Of a stretch of DNA of 64,000 nucleotides, positions 34,572 to 45,995 are shown piece after piece. Origin of the DNA: an uncultured Gemmatimonadales bacterium (GTDB taxonomy: Bacteria; Gemmatimonadota; Gemmatimonadetes; Longimicrobiales; Gaopeijiaceae); assembly GCA_963809895.1 (NCBI GenBank), contig CAWELD010000003.1, positions 2,048,001-2,112,000 on the forward strand, read 5' to 3'. The notes below the pieces were generated by a model, which had not been told where the DNA came from, did no database searches, and was given only the letters and a program-made list of their open reading frames with translations. Each line of letters opens with the position of its first letter. Positions within the stretch are counted from its first letter, which is position 1. A program made the translations under genes and the position numbers.

Positions 34572-37500
34572 TCAGTAGCCCCACTCGCGGAAGAACGAGA
34601 GTCCGTAGATGAGGGAGCTGCGCAGCCCCAGCTCCTGGAAGCCGAAGCTGCCACTCCTCAGGAAGCGGTCCTCGGCGAAGACCTCGAGATGGTACTGGTC
34701 GCTCGCCTGCCACTCGACCCGGAAGCCGCCCAGGAGGCTCCCCGACGGGCCCAGGTCCGAGAGGGGCCGGAGCACCAGAGCCGCGAAGTAGTCGCCGCCG
34801 AAGAAGTAGCGGCCCACCTCCACCTGCGTGTTGGCCACCGAGTTGGCCAATCCCCCCTGAGCCAGGTTCGACTCGGCCGCCTGCGAGATCGACAGGTAGT
34901 CGAAGTACCCGGTACCCTGCGCCAGCGCGCCCAGGCTGTTGGCCAGGGATCCGAGGCCGAGCTGTCCGATCTGACCCCCGAAGCCGCTCAGGAGTCCTCC
35001 CCCGGAGCTGCCGGAGCCGCCGCTGGACAGCGCCGTGGTCACCTCGGAGCTGGCACGCCCGAAGACCAGGTAGCTGATGAGATCGGACTGGGCGACGCCG
35101 CTCTCGGTGGTGGACAGGCTCACGCGGGGGTCCACCAGCGTGCCCGTGAGGTTCGCCGTGATGTCCAGAGGCTCCCCGTCACGCCGCCGCACCCGAGCCA
35201 CCGCCTCGATGTCCAGGTTGGGGTTGATGCCGGGGGTACCCACGAACTCCACGGTGCCGGAGCGCACGTCGAAGGTCCGATTCAGGAAGGTGTACTGGCC
35301 CCGCACCGCCTGCAGCTCGCCGATCATGACCAGGTCCTGGCGTGGGCGGTCGTAGACCACGATGAGATCGCCCTGCATCTCCACGTTCATCTGCGGCGAG
35401 CGCAGCCAGGTGTCCCGCTCCACGGCCAGGTCCACATTCACGCGCAAGCTGTCCATGAACGGGTTGCGGGTCCGCGCCAGCAGCGGCCTGCCGCGGATCG
35501 ACGAGGTGTCCACGTACGCGAAGAACCGCGGATCCGACAGGTCCACGACACCGAAGCTGCGCTGGAACTCTTCCAGGTAGATGTCGGCCTGGTCCACCTG
35601 CAGTTGGCCCCGCACCAGCGGCTTCAGGTAGCTCTGGGTGAGTTGGATCTGGCCGCTCACCGTGCCCGCGACGTCGCGCCGGTCCACGGCCTGGAAGCGA
35701 TCGAAATCCATGGTGAGGTCCAGTCCGGGGTCCGTCAGGGGAGAGAGGTTCACGGTGCCGTTCACCCGCACGGTGCCCCCTGCCCTCCCGGTGACCTGCA
35801 CGCGCACCCGGCTGTCGGGCTGCACCTCGAAGGTGCCGCTCACCTCTGACTGCCGGACCCCCAGCGCACCCACCGTCCAGGCACCTCCCCTCAGGCTCAT
35901 GGTTCCCGAAGGCCTGGGGTCCTCCACGGTGCCCTGGAAGCGCAGATTCCCGGACAGGGTGCCCTGCACGTCGTCCAGATCCTCCAGGAGGGCCAGGGCG
36001 AAGACCGCGGGCAGGGAGTCGGCCCGCAGGTCCAGGTCCATGGGCCGGTCCGGCGTCCGGTCCTCCACCCCGCGGAAGGCCAGGTCCACCGGAAGCTGCC
36101 CCTGCAGATCCAGCACCTGCAGCTCGTCGCGCCAGGCCTCGAGCTTGAGGTCCGCGGACCGATCCTGGTAGCTCATCTCACCGGTCACACGGGTCAGGTC
36201 CACGGTGATCGCCCGCACGTCCCTGCCCGAGAAGGTGGTGTGGATGCGAGGGTCCGCCGCGGTGCCCTCCACACGAACCTGAAGGTCCACGCGGCCCGCC
36301 ACGTCCACGTCCTCACGCTGGATGAGCTGGGCCAGGCGCTCCAGGCGCACGCCACGGGCGTCCAGCGTGAAGTCGGCCGGGCCGCGCCGCGGGAGCCGCC
36401 CGTCGGCCCGGATGTGGACCGAGTCGGGGCCGGGCCGGACCAGCTCGAAATCGCGCACCACGAACGCGGAGTCGTTCCACGACAGGTGCGCCGGCTCCGC
36501 CAGCCGGTAGTCGAGCGAATCGAAGCGGAGCCCGAGCTCGTCCACGTCCACGGTACCGCCCAGCGAGTCCAACTCGAATCGCGTGCGCGCTCGGTAGTCC
36601 TCGGCGTCGTTGCGGACCAGCGCCACCACCGCCTGGCCCCGCGGGCGGGTGTAGTCCACCTCGGCCCGGGCGGAAGCGAAGCTCCGTTGCAGGACATCGG
36701 CGGAATCGGCCGTCACCTCCAGGCGCAGCCGGCCGGCGAGACCCGGCAGGCCCTCGGCGTCGACCCGTACCTCCGCGCCCTCGAGGAAGGAGCGCCCGTA
36801 GCGCACCTGCTGGAGAGTCGCCCGGCCCTGAGCCGAGAAGTCGTTCACGCTGCCCCGGAGGGTGAACTCGCCCTGTACCCGGCCGTCCACCGTCACCTCC
36901 TCGGTGGTGGGCAGCGTGTCCGGATCGATGCCCGCGAGCTCCAGCAGGTCGGGCTGCAATCCGGTCAGGGTGTCCCGGGCGATCACGGTGTCCCCCATGA
37001 ACACAGGACGGATCCCCTCCAGGGACTCGGTGGCGAAGCGCACCCGCACCTCGCCCGCCGGTTGCACCGTGTCCACGGCCAGGGTGCCCCCGGCGTCCAG
37101 GTCGAAGCCGCCCACGCGGGCGGTGAGGGTGTCCAGCGTCAGCACCCCCTGGGCGATGCGGGCGCCGAGGCGCAGGGTGTCGACCTCGAGTCCGCCCAAC
37201 CGCGACGCCCCGAAGTCCATCTCGGCGTTGGCGCGCATGGTGCTGCGATCGCGTCCCGTCCCGTCCACCCGCACGTGACCGGTGAAGGTCGAGGGCTCGG
37301 GCAGCGAGGGCACCAGGGCCGAGGCCCTGAAGTCGGCCACGGTGCCCTCGAGCTGATACGAAGCCCCGGGGTTGCGGAGGTCGAGCCGGCCACCCAGGTC
37401 GAGGCGCCCGAGCTCCGTGTCCACCTGGGCGTGCACCTCCAGGTCCTGGAGCTGGCCGCGGGCACGCAACGAGCCGGACACCTCGCCGCCCAGGGGGAGG

Positions 37501-39064
37501 TCGGGATAGCTGGTCTTGACCGCGTCCAGAGACAGGGGCGACAGATCGCCCTGAATGTCCATGGTGAAGGCGTCACCCACCCGGCGGAGGCTGCCACTGG
37601 CCAGGATGTGCGACGGTGGCGCACTCCCCGGACGGTGCAACAGATCGGCGTCGAAACGGAGTCCCGACTCCAGCCAGCCCGTGGCGCGCACCTGCGCCCG
37701 ACCCGCGCCCTCGAGGCGTGCCGATGGGATCCACGCCGAGATCAGACGCCAGTCCATGGGCTCGAGGGTGGCGGTGAACTCCTGGAGCGACGGCGCCGAG
37801 GCACCGGTGAGCGCCACGGTGCCGCCATACTCCACCTCGGTGGGGCGGTAGCCCTCGGTGTCGAGGGCCAGGTGCCCGGAGGCCTGGAGCGCGTTCAGCG
37901 GACCCGAGAGTCGCACGGTTCCCGAAGCACGGCCGCGCACCGGCAGGGTATCGGACAGGTACGGGTTCAACGCATCCAGATCCACGTCGGTGAGGCGCAG
38001 CGAGACTCCTTGCAAACGCAGGTCGCTGCCGCCGCCGAACTCCACGCCACCCTCGCCGGTGACCCGCCCGCCTTCCAGCCGGGAATCCAGCTCCGTCACG
38101 CGCCACGCACTGCCTCCGGGGCCACCGTCTCCCGTGACCCGGGCATCGCCGGTGAGGGGCGGAAGTGACGAGGCCAACCAGCGGAAGTGGGCCAGATCGA
38201 CGTCCTCGAGGGCCAACTCCGCGTGATAGCCGACAGAGCCGGAATCGGGAAAGATCACCGACGCCGTGCCGGCCAACGGGGTGGAGTCCACGCGCCCACC
38301 GGAGAGCTCCACCGCCAGGGTGTCGGAGGCCAGGCGCACCCGCGCGGCGAGACCCTCCAGCACCAGGGGCTCACGGAGAATGCGCGCCCGGGCGTCGAGG
38401 CGCCCCAGGCTGGCCTCCAGCGTCGCATCGGGACCACCCACCACGACCCGGGGAGCGCGTACCTCCAGCGAGTCCACGTCCATGCGTCGGACGACGCCGT
38501 TCTCCGCGGGCTCCCAACGCAGCACGCCCGACGTGTCGCCCTCCGCCAGGGGGGACACCAGCGTGACCGCTCCGTCCCGGACCTGCACGCCGCGGAAGGT
38601 GAGGGTCGGCGCCGGGCCGCCTCCCCCCCGATGCGCGGCCCGATCCAGCGCTGAACCGTGCCCTCGTCCTGTCCTGGAAAGCGCGCCAGCAGAAGGCGGG
38701 GATTGAAGAGCCGCACGTCGTCGAACTCCAGGCGTCCGCGGATGAGCCCCAGGAGTCCGTACGATGCCTCCAGCGAGTCGGCCGACAGGAGCGGCTCGCC
38801 CTCGGGCGTCACCAGGCGCACGCCGATGAGTCGGGCTCCGCGCAGCACGTTGGCCGATCGGATCGCCTCCACCTCGATACTCCCCGCCACCCGGGTCCGC
38901 GCCTGATCCAGCGCCCAGGCCAGGATCACCCGATGGCCGAGCCCGGTGCGCAGGATGAAGAGCACGCCCAGGACGAGGGCCGCCAGCAGCCACAGGACGC
39001 TCCGCACCGTGGCTCGCGCCAGGCGCCAGCGCGCCTTCAGGCGGATGCCCCGACCCTTGGTCAT
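34572..39064 (-). CDS. tamB: TamB-like translocation and assembly module protein, one frameshift at a G7 run (38623-38629)
   Basis: N-terminal anchor in ORF 38255-39064 and the beta-rich body plus C-terminal domain (NPNLDIEA, GTLVDPRVSL, LISYLVFG) in the other frame; adjacent to an Omp85 gene. Confidence 0.82.
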
Positions 39065-39066
39065 GG

Positions 39067-41319
39067 TCAGAACGCCTGCCCGATGGAGATGTGGAGCTGC
39101 AGCCGGGACAGGGAGAACGCGGGGCTGGCCCCGTAGGTGGCGGTCCGGGACAGGAAGGTGATCTGGTCCGTTCTCACCCAGTCGATGGGCTGGCGGTCAC
39201 CGGAGGCCGTGACCACCTGGATGCGGTCCGACTCGTTGTCGGTCTGCGGATCGAAGGGCCGGATCAGCGAGGTGGCGACGTTGAGCTCCTGCCCTCCGCG
39301 GAACCGGTAGCCGAGATCGACCCGGATCGGGCCGATGGGGCTGAAGTAGCGAACCCCCACGCCGGGCGAGAATTCCAGGTCCGAAAGACGCACCTGCTGG
39401 CGGGCCTTCCACACCTGACCAAAATCCAGGAACGTGACCCCCTGGAAGCCCGACGGCAGGGGGAATCGAACCTCCATGTTTCCTTCGATCACCACGTTGC
39501 CGCCCACGGCCCGCGGCGAGAACTCGCCGTCGGGAATCGTCGGATCGCAGCTGTCGTCGACGATCTGCTCCGGCTGGCACGCCGCCTGGCTACCGGCGGG
39601 AGGCACGCTCAGGAGGTCGGCCACGTCGGTGGTGAGCACCCGGGGACCCAGGCGGTTCTCCGGAAAGCCGCGCACGCTGTTGGCGCCTCCTGCGTAGAAA
39701 CGCTTCTGGGGGTGGACCAGGTCCTCCGAGGCCTTTCCCTTGAGCTCGAGAAAGCGCCCCCGGCCCACGATTCCCGAGCGCAGGCGCCCCGCCAGCACCA
39801 CGTTGGCGAACGGTCGATAGCCGGTGATCTCGCCCACGATGCGCGAGTACTCGAAATTCGACCCGGTGTAGGACGCCGCGTGTTCCAGGTCCACCACCGC
39901 CAGGTAGCCCCGGGTCGGGTTGAGCACGCTGTTGCGACGATCGCGAGCGGCGTTCAGCCCCAGCGGAGCCAACCAATTGGCTTGCTGGAAGATGCGGATG
40001 TCCTGCTCCTGACAGGCCAGGAAGCTGGCGCAGAAGAAGATCTCCGCCGCCGACAGTCTGGCCAGCTCGGGCTGGTAGGAGAGGGTGAGCGAGGCGCGCC
40101 GCCCGATGCTACGCCGCAGGCTGAGGTTGAAACCCAGGGCTTCGCGCACGAAGACGTCGGGCAGGCTCTGCCGTTCCACGTAGGCGGTGGCCGTGAGCGA
40201 GTTGCGCGGCGAGAAGATCCAGGGCTGGGTGAGCGCCAGCGAAACCCTGCCGTTGAGCTCCGCGAAGGTGCCCGAGCCCGCCAGCGGACACGCGGTCTGG
40301 TGGAGCTGGGGAGCGAAGAGATTGGACATGCGCGCCCTGGCCTCCAGGCGCCGCGCGCCGCCGTAGAAGTCCCGGCTGGCCCAACGCGCTTCGGCGGTCA
40401 GGCAGTCGGCGGTGGTCCAGCCCAACCCGGCGCGCACACGGTGCAGATCGCCCTCGGCCACCGTCACGTGGATGGGAATGACGGTGTCCTGCCCGGCCTC
40501 GGGGCGGGTTTCCTCGACCTGGGCGCTCTGGATGATATCCAGGTTGTAGAGGTTGCGCTGGCCCTCCAGGACCTGCGACCTCCGGTAGACGGATCCCTGG
40601 CGGAACGGCAACATGCGGCGGACCGACTCGGCCTCCAGGATCTCGTTGCCCGCGACCGAGATCTCCCCGAAACGCGACAGCGGACCGGGGGCCACGTCGA
40701 GGGTCACCGTGGCGTCGTGACTCTCGCTGGGGATGGTGTAGTTCACCAGGACGTCGGCCCAGGCGTAGCCCGTGTTGCGCAGACGGCTCTGGATCGTGTC
40801 CCGGGCTTCGTCCAGGAGGATGCCCGACAGGGGATCCCCCACCTCCAACGGCAGATCCTCCAGCGCCGACGAGTCCGGAAGCTCGTCGGTGAGGAGCACC
40901 TCCAGGGAGTCCACCCGCACGGGCACACCCTCGTCGATGCGAAAGGTGATGTCCACGAAGCGGTCGCCCCGCGTGACGACGGTGTCCACCGCCATGTCCC
41001 GGTAGCCCCGCTCCATGTAGTAGACCTGGAGGCGGAGGGCGTCGAGGGGAAGCTCGCGAGGCTGAAGGTAGTTGTGATCGATGGCCCAGTCGGCACCCAG
41101 CGGACAGAAGAGGAGCAGCTTGAAGACCGTGGCCTTGCACTCGGTCTGGCGGTTGACGATGGCCCGCTTGAGCGAGTCGTCGGGCATCACCGAGTTTCCC
41201 TCGAAGGTGAGGGAACGGATCTCGAGACGGTTGGATTGGCCCGCGACGGGCGGCGTGCCCAGAACGAGGAGGGCCGCCACGACGCCGGCGAGTCCGGCGA
41301 GCCGGCGGCCGGGCCTCAC
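39067..41319 (-). CDS. tamA: TamA/BamA (Omp85) family outer-membrane protein
   Basis: POTRA-like N-terminus, RFYAGGANSVRGF, GPIRVDLG and C-terminal SIGQAF. Confidence 0.85.
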   Translation of the reverse strand: MRPGRRLAGLAGVVAALLVLGTPPVAGQSNRLEIRSLTFEGNSVMPDDSLKRAIVNRQTECKATVFKLLLFCPLGADWAIDHNYLQPRELPLDALRLQVYYMERGYRDMAVDTVVTRGDRFVDITFRIDEGVPVRVDSLEVLLTDELPDSSALEDLPLEVGDPLSGILLDEARDTIQSRLRNTGYAWADVLVNYTIPSESHDATVTLDVAPGPLSRFGEISVAGNEILEAESVRRMLPFRQGSVYRRSQVLEGQRNLYNLDIIQSAQVEETRPEAGQDTVIPIHVTVAEGDLHRVRAGLGWTTADCLTAEARWASRDFYGGARRLEARARMSNLFAPQLHQTACPLAGSGTFAELNGRVSLALTQPWIFSPRNSLTATAYVERQSLPDVFVREALGFNLSLRRSIGRRASLTLSYQPELARLSAAEIFFCASFLACQEQDIRIFQQANWLAPLGLNAARDRRNSVLNPTRGYLAVVDLEHAASYTGSNFEYSRIVGEITGYRPFANVVLAGRLRSGIVGRGRFLELKGKASEDLVHPQKRFYAGGANSVRGFPENRLGPRVLTTDVADLLSVPPAGSQAACQPEQIVDDSCDPTIPDGEFSPRAVGGNVVIEGNMEVRFPLPSGFQGVTFLDFGQVWKARQQVRLSDLEFSPGVGVRYFSPIGPIRVDLGYRFRGGQELNVATSLIRPFDPQTDNESDRIQVVTASGDRQPIDWVRTDQITFLSRTATYGASPAFSLSRLQLHISIGQAF

Positions 41320-41519
41320 GTGCCCGGCTCCAGGCCCGACCGGCGGGGCGCGTCGGGCACTTCGGGTGGCTCCAGGCGGAGCGGCTCCCGGGAGAGCAGG
41401 AGGCGACCCAGGTAGAAGGCCGATGCGCCCACCACGGCTGCGAGCCCCAGGGCCGTGAGCCCGGCCAGCACGTTGTCGCGGGCGTCGGGCTCACGACGGA
41501 TCCAGGCCGGGTCGCTCAC
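41316..41519 (-). CDS. Small single-pass membrane protein
   Basis: 67 aa with one hydrophobic helix; overlaps both neighbours by 4 nt. Confidence 0.6.
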   Translation of the reverse strand: MSDPAWIRREPDARDNVLAGLTALGLAAVVGASAFYLGRLLLSREPLRLEPPEVPDAPRRSGLEPGT

Positions 41520-42400
41520 GAAAACGCCTCCCGATCCTGGGCGCGCGCCAACCCCTCACCCAGGCTGCCATCAGGGAACCAGCGCTGGTCCCGGCGGGGG
41601 AAGGCGTGGATGCTGAAGGGTGCGAAAGCTCCCAGATCCTCGAAGTACATGTGGTGCGTCACCTCGACCGCGTGCTGGCCGACGTGCACCACGTTGAAGG
41701 AGTTGCGCGCTCGCTCGCGAGCTCGGCCCCGCCCCGACGTGGTGGTGCCGCTCTGCACGATGATCACTCCGCGGGCGCGGTTCTCGCCGGGATAGACGTC
41801 CAGCGAGTTCCCGATGTAGGCCCGGTGCAGGTGTCCGCCGAGGATGACCTCGACCCCCATGCGCGTCAGCTGGTCCAGAACGCGCTTGGCGCCGGGCATG
41901 AAGCGGTCTCCCTCGTAGTCCGGGGCCGGCGCGAAGTGATGGTGGGCCACCACGATGCGCACGTCGCCTTCCGGGGCCTCGGCGAAGGCCCTGCGCGCGA
42001 ACTCCACCTGGTGGGGGCGGATGCGCCCGTTGACGATGGCCGTGTGCGGAGCGGTGGAATCCAGCGCCACGATGGTGGCGCCGGGGAGCGAGGTCACGGT
42101 GTCGAGCTCGTCGCGAATCCAGCGCCGGTAGTTGCGATGCGGCGCGAAGATACGCTCGAAGACCCGGTACAGCGGAACGTCGTGATTGCCCGGAACCACG
42201 ACCAGGGGCACCTCGGGCAGCCGCTTCAGGAAGGCGGCCGCGTCACGGAACTCGCGCTCCTTGGCGCGCTGCGTGAGGTCGCCGGAAATCACCACTGCGT
42301 CCGGGCCCGCCTCGAAGGCCGCGCTCAGGAACGCCTCTCCCACATCGGCGCGATACGCCTTGCCGAAGTGGATGTCCGAGGCGTGGAGCAGGGTGAGCAC
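41516..42400 (-). CDS. Calcineurin-like metallophosphoesterase
   Basis: SDIHFG, SGDLT, PGNHD, HHH and GHLH motifs. Confidence 0.9.
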   Translation of the reverse strand: MLTLLHASDIHFGKAYRADVGEAFLSAAFEAGPDAVVISGDLTQRAKEREFRDAAAFLKRLPEVPLVVVPGNHDVPLYRVFERIFAPHRNYRRWIRDELDTVTSLPGATIVALDSTAPHTAIVNGRIRPHQVEFARRAFAEAPEGDVRIVVAHHHFAPAPDYEGDRFMPGAKRVLDQLTRMGVEVILGGHLHRAYIGNSLDVYPGENRARGVIIVQSGTTTSGRGRARERARNSFNVVHVGQHAVEVTHHMYFEDLGAFAPFSIHAFPRRDQRWFPDGSLGEGLARAQDREAFS

Positions 42401-42413
42401 GGGATCTCCGACG

Positions 42414-43280
42414 TCAGGCGCCGGCCGCGGCGCGTTGGCGCTCGGCGCGGGCGGGCCCGGACAGGCGGGACATCCCCCAGATCCCCACCGCGACCAGCGC
42501 CAGGCTGATCAGTTGGGCCAGGGTCAGGAGGCCGAAGAAGCGGTCGTCCTTGGCCCGGAAGAACTCCACCAGGAAACGCTCGCAGCCCGCCAGGGCGAGC
42601 CAGAGCATGAAGAGCCAGCCCGGGGAGTGGTCGTGCTTCCTCAGACGCCAGAGCACCAGGAAGATCAGGGTGGAGAGCCCGACCTCGTAGAGCTGCGTGG
42701 GATGCACGGGGACGACCTGGCCGAACTTCTCCACCAGCGCCGGATCCACGGTGATGCCGAACTGTCGCTCGATGACGTCCACCGTGGTGGGAGGCGAGCC
42801 CTGAGGGAACCGGATCCCCACCCACGAGCCCGTGGGCCGGCCCCAATCGTCCCCCACCAGGAAGCAGCCGATGCGGCCCACGGCGTACGCCAGCGCCAGC
42901 GAAGGGCCGACGCCGTCGGCCACGCGCCCCAGGGGAATGGGAGAGCGTCGCGCCTCCCACACCACCAGGGCCGTCGCACCCAGGAATCCCCCGTACCAGA
43001 CCATGCCACCCCGGGAGAACACGAAGGAGAGTCCTTCGGTGGTGAGACGATCGTAGTTCAGGAACACGTAGTAGAGCTTGGCTCCCACGATGCCGCCGAC
43101 CACGGCCATGAAAACGAAGTCCCACGCCTTGTCGCCGTCGTAGCCCATGCGTTCCAGCTCCTTGCGGAGCACCACGCCGGCGGTGACGAACGCCAGGAAC
43201 ATCATCACCCCGAAGGTGGTGACGGGCGCGCCACCAAGGACCGGGAGCCACTCGGGGAAGTGGAACAGGATCGGATGCAT
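42414..43280 (-). CDS. lgt: Prolipoprotein diacylglyceryl transferase
   Basis: MHPIL, GGMVWYGG, GRIGCFLVGDDWG, HPTQLYE and RFLVEFFR motifs. Confidence 0.92.
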   Translation of the reverse strand: MHPILFHFPEWLPVLGGAPVTTFGVMMFLAFVTAGVVLRKELERMGYDGDKAWDFVFMAVVGGIVGAKLYYVFLNYDRLTTEGLSFVFSRGGMVWYGGFLGATALVVWEARRSPIPLGRVADGVGPSLALAYAVGRIGCFLVGDDWGRPTGSWVGIRFPQGSPPTTVDVIERQFGITVDPALVEKFGQVVPVHPTQLYEVGLSTLIFLVLWRLRKHDHSPGWLFMLWLALAGCERFLVEFFRAKDDRFFGLLTLAQLISLALVAVGIWGMSRLSGPARAERQRAAAGA

Positions 43281-43284
43281 GCCG

Positions 43285-44343
43285 TCAGTCTCCCGAAGGC
43301 GTCAGAGGATCACTCGGATCGTGTGGGCGCCGAAGCCCCGGAAAGGGCAGCCCGGCGGAGGCGGTCATGCGGGCGTCGGCCCGCTCTCCCCGGTCCAGGC
43401 GGAAGCGAGCCGCCCGGGCGACCATGGCGCCGTTGTCCAGCGACAGCCTGGGCGAAGCCTGCAGCACCCTGCCGTCCGGTCCCAGGGTGTCGGCCATGAC
43501 GCGCCGGAGACGGCGGTTGGCGCTCACGCCGCCCGCCAGCAGCACCCGCCGGCAGCCGGTGGCATCCACCGCACGCATGGTCTTCTCCACCAGCACCTGC
43601 ACGGCGGCCGCCTGGAACGAGGCCGCCACGTCGGCCCGGCGTTGGCCCAGGGCTCCGGACGCCTCGAGATCCTTGACCGTCTCAAGGACCGCGGTCTTCA
43701 ATCCGCTGAACGAGAAGTCGTAGCCGTCGCGGAGCATGGGACGAGGGAAGTCGAAGGCCTCGGGATCGCCGGTCTCCGCCAGGCGGTCCACCGCCGGACC
43801 GCCCGGATACGGAAGGCCCAGCATCTTGGCCACCTTGTCGAAGGCCTCGCCGGCGGCGTCGTCCCGGGTCTCGCCGAACAGAAGGTAGCGGCCCCACTCC
43901 GGCGCGTGCAGCAGCAGGGTGTGTCCCCCCGACACCAACAGCGCGACGAACGGGGGTTCGGCGTCGGGATCCTCCAGCGAGGGACCGAACAGGTGGGCTT
44001 CCATGTGGTGCACCGCCACCAGCGGCCGATCCAGGGCGAAGGCCGCCGCCTTGGCCCATCCCACCCCGACCAGGAGCGCGCCGATGAGCCCGGGGCCGGC
44101 GGTCACGGCCAGGGCGTCCATGTCGGCGAGCCGGCGACCCGCCTGGTCCAGAGCGGCGTCCACCACGGCATCCACCCGTTGCAGGTGATGCCGGGCGGCC
44201 AGCTCCGGCACCACGCCGCCGTACACGCGATGAACGTCCTGGGAGAGGATCACGTGGCCCTCGACAGCCATGTCTCCACCCAGCACCGCCGCAGACGTCT
44301 CGTCGCAGCTCGTCTCGAGGCCCAGGATCACCGGTCCGCTCAC
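43285..44343 (-). CDS. tsaD: tRNA N6-threonylcarbamoyltransferase
   Basis: GLETSCDET, GGVVPELAARHH, HHMEAH, VSGGHT and DDAAGEAFDK motifs. Confidence 0.97.
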   Translation of the reverse strand: MSGPVILGLETSCDETSAAVLGGDMAVEGHVILSQDVHRVYGGVVPELAARHHLQRVDAVVDAALDQAGRRLADMDALAVTAGPGLIGALLVGVGWAKAAAFALDRPLVAVHHMEAHLFGPSLEDPDAEPPFVALLVSGGHTLLLHAPEWGRYLLFGETRDDAAGEAFDKVAKMLGLPYPGGPAVDRLAETGDPEAFDFPRPMLRDGYDFSFSGLKTAVLETVKDLEASGALGQRRADVAASFQAAAVQVLVEKTMRAVDATGCRRVLLAGGVSANRRLRRVMADTLGPDGRVLQASPRLSLDNGAMVARAARFRLDRGERADARMTASAGLPFPGLRRPHDPSDPLTPSGD

Positions 44344-45332
44344 CGTCCCCCCAGCGAGTCGGGTGTGGCCACAGGCCCTTCTTCCGAAGCCCGCGGCCGC
44401 CGCACCGTCACCGAATCGGCGGCCGGCTCCGCATCCAGCAGCGCCGGCAGGCCACGCACGCGCACGGCCACCCGGCGGGACTCCCCAGGAACGACGTCCT
44501 GCACGCGCTCGGCGGGTACCTCCAGGCGGATCGAGTCGAGATTCGCGGCGTCGAGACGTCCCTGGGCACCCCGCACCGTCAGGGGCAGCGACGACGGCAC
44601 CACCTCGAGGGCGGCCGCCGCCGGACCCTCGACCTCCACCGGCACGGCGGGCAGCAACCGCTCCGCCGCGGGCTCGATGCGCAGCCCGAGCTGCGCGGTG
44701 GTCGGCGACAGGATCAACCCCGACAGGCCCGCGGTGTCCACGGGCACCTCCACGATGCCGGAGGCGGTGACCGACGACAGGTCCAGGGGCATGAGGGGGA
44801 TGGAGTCGAGCTCGTCCACCACCCGGGACGGTCCGCGCACACGCACCACGGCGGGGGTGAGCCCGATGCGGGATGCCAGGGCGTAGCCCCGGGGCAGGCG
44901 GCCCTGGGTGCGGATGGACAGGGGGAGCGCGAGTTGGCTCGTCCTCTCGAACTCCAGGCGCACGGACCCGGGCACGATGTCCTGCACCACCAGGCCGGTG
45001 GCTCCCTCGGCGATGACCCAGTCGCGTCGAAGCTGCAGGGTGCTGTCAGGCCCCGCCACGCTCTCGATGGGGACCCGTACCGAGGCGCCTTCCCGGTTCA
45101 GGCGGATGATCTCGCGAGCCGGCCCGGCGAAGCGCACCTGGACCTCGGCGGGATCGGGAGGAGAGGACAGCGTCCAGTCCAGGTCACCGACCTGTACCCG
45201 GACGGGAACCGAGGACAGCACTTCGCGTTCCGCGGGCTCGGCCCGCACCACGGCCCACAGAAACACCGCCAGCCCGAAGGCCGACAGCTTGAGCGTCCAG
45301 TTGGTCGTCAGGGACGGGGGGAGCGCGCTCAC
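44340..45332 (-). CDS. YbbR/CdaR-domain membrane protein
   Basis: NWTLKLSAFGLAVFLWAVV anchor followed by repeated P..V.V.GP beta domains. Confidence 0.78.
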   Translation of the reverse strand: MSALPPSLTTNWTLKLSAFGLAVFLWAVVRAEPAEREVLSSVPVRVQVGDLDWTLSSPPDPAEVQVRFAGPAREIIRLNREGASVRVPIESVAGPDSTLQLRRDWVIAEGATGLVVQDIVPGSVRLEFERTSQLALPLSIRTQGRLPRGYALASRIGLTPAVVRVRGPSRVVDELDSIPLMPLDLSSVTASGIVEVPVDTAGLSGLILSPTTAQLGLRIEPAAERLLPAVPVEVEGPAAAALEVVPSSLPLTVRGAQGRLDAANLDSIRLEVPAERVQDVVPGESRRVAVRVRGLPALLDAEPAADSVTVRRPRASEEGPVATPDSLGGR

Positions 45333-45344
45333 GTCCGCCGCCCC

Positions 45345-45917
45345 TCAGGAGTCCAGGAGGCGCCGGACCATCTCCTGGTATTCGGGCGCATCCCAGAGCG
45401 TCCCTCCCGTGACCTTGCGGTAGATGACCCCGTCCCGCCCGATGAGAAAGGTCTCCGGAAGGCCTGTCGTCTGGTAGATCTCGCCGACGTCGCCCGAGGG
45501 ATCCCGCAGGATCTCGAAGGTGAGCCCCAGGTCGTCGACGAACTTCTGCACGTCGCCGCCGGGGCGCCCGAGATAGCCCAGGACCCCACGGTCGGCATCC
45601 ACACTCACGGCCACGACCTTGAAGTCCGGGTCGTCGAGCTCCTCGCGGAGCCGCTGCATGGACGGCATCTCCTCGCGGCAGGGACCACACCAGGTGGCCC
45701 AGATGTTGAGGAGCACGACCTTGCCCCGGTAGTCGTCCAGCGACACCGGCGTGCCGTCCATGGTGGCCGCCGTGAACTCCGGCGCCTCGGCACCCGCGAT
45801 GACAGGGCGATAGTTGTCCCGTCCCATCCATGCCGCCACCACCACCAGCCCCATGACGATGAGTGCCCCGACGTAGGGGAGCCGGGACGGTCTCTTCCTG
45901 GAAGAGCTGCGCGCCAT
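45345..45917 (-). CDS. TlpA/ResA-family thiol-disulfide oxidoreductase
   Basis: N-terminal anchor, LNIWATWCGPCREEMP and LPETFLI motifs. Confidence 0.92.
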   Translation of the reverse strand: MARSSSRKRPSRLPYVGALIVMGLVVVAAWMGRDNYRPVIAGAEAPEFTAATMDGTPVSLDDYRGKVVLLNIWATWCGPCREEMPSMQRLREELDDPDFKVVAVSVDADRGVLGYLGRPGGDVQKFVDDLGLTFEILRDPSGDVGEIYQTTGLPETFLIGRDGVIYRKVTGGTLWDAPEYQEMVRRLLDS

Positions 45918-45995
45918 TTCAATCCTCGATGAACCGCGTATTCATTGCCCGTTCGTACGACCGGACGGGGTGATTGTTCCTCTGTGGACGGCCTC

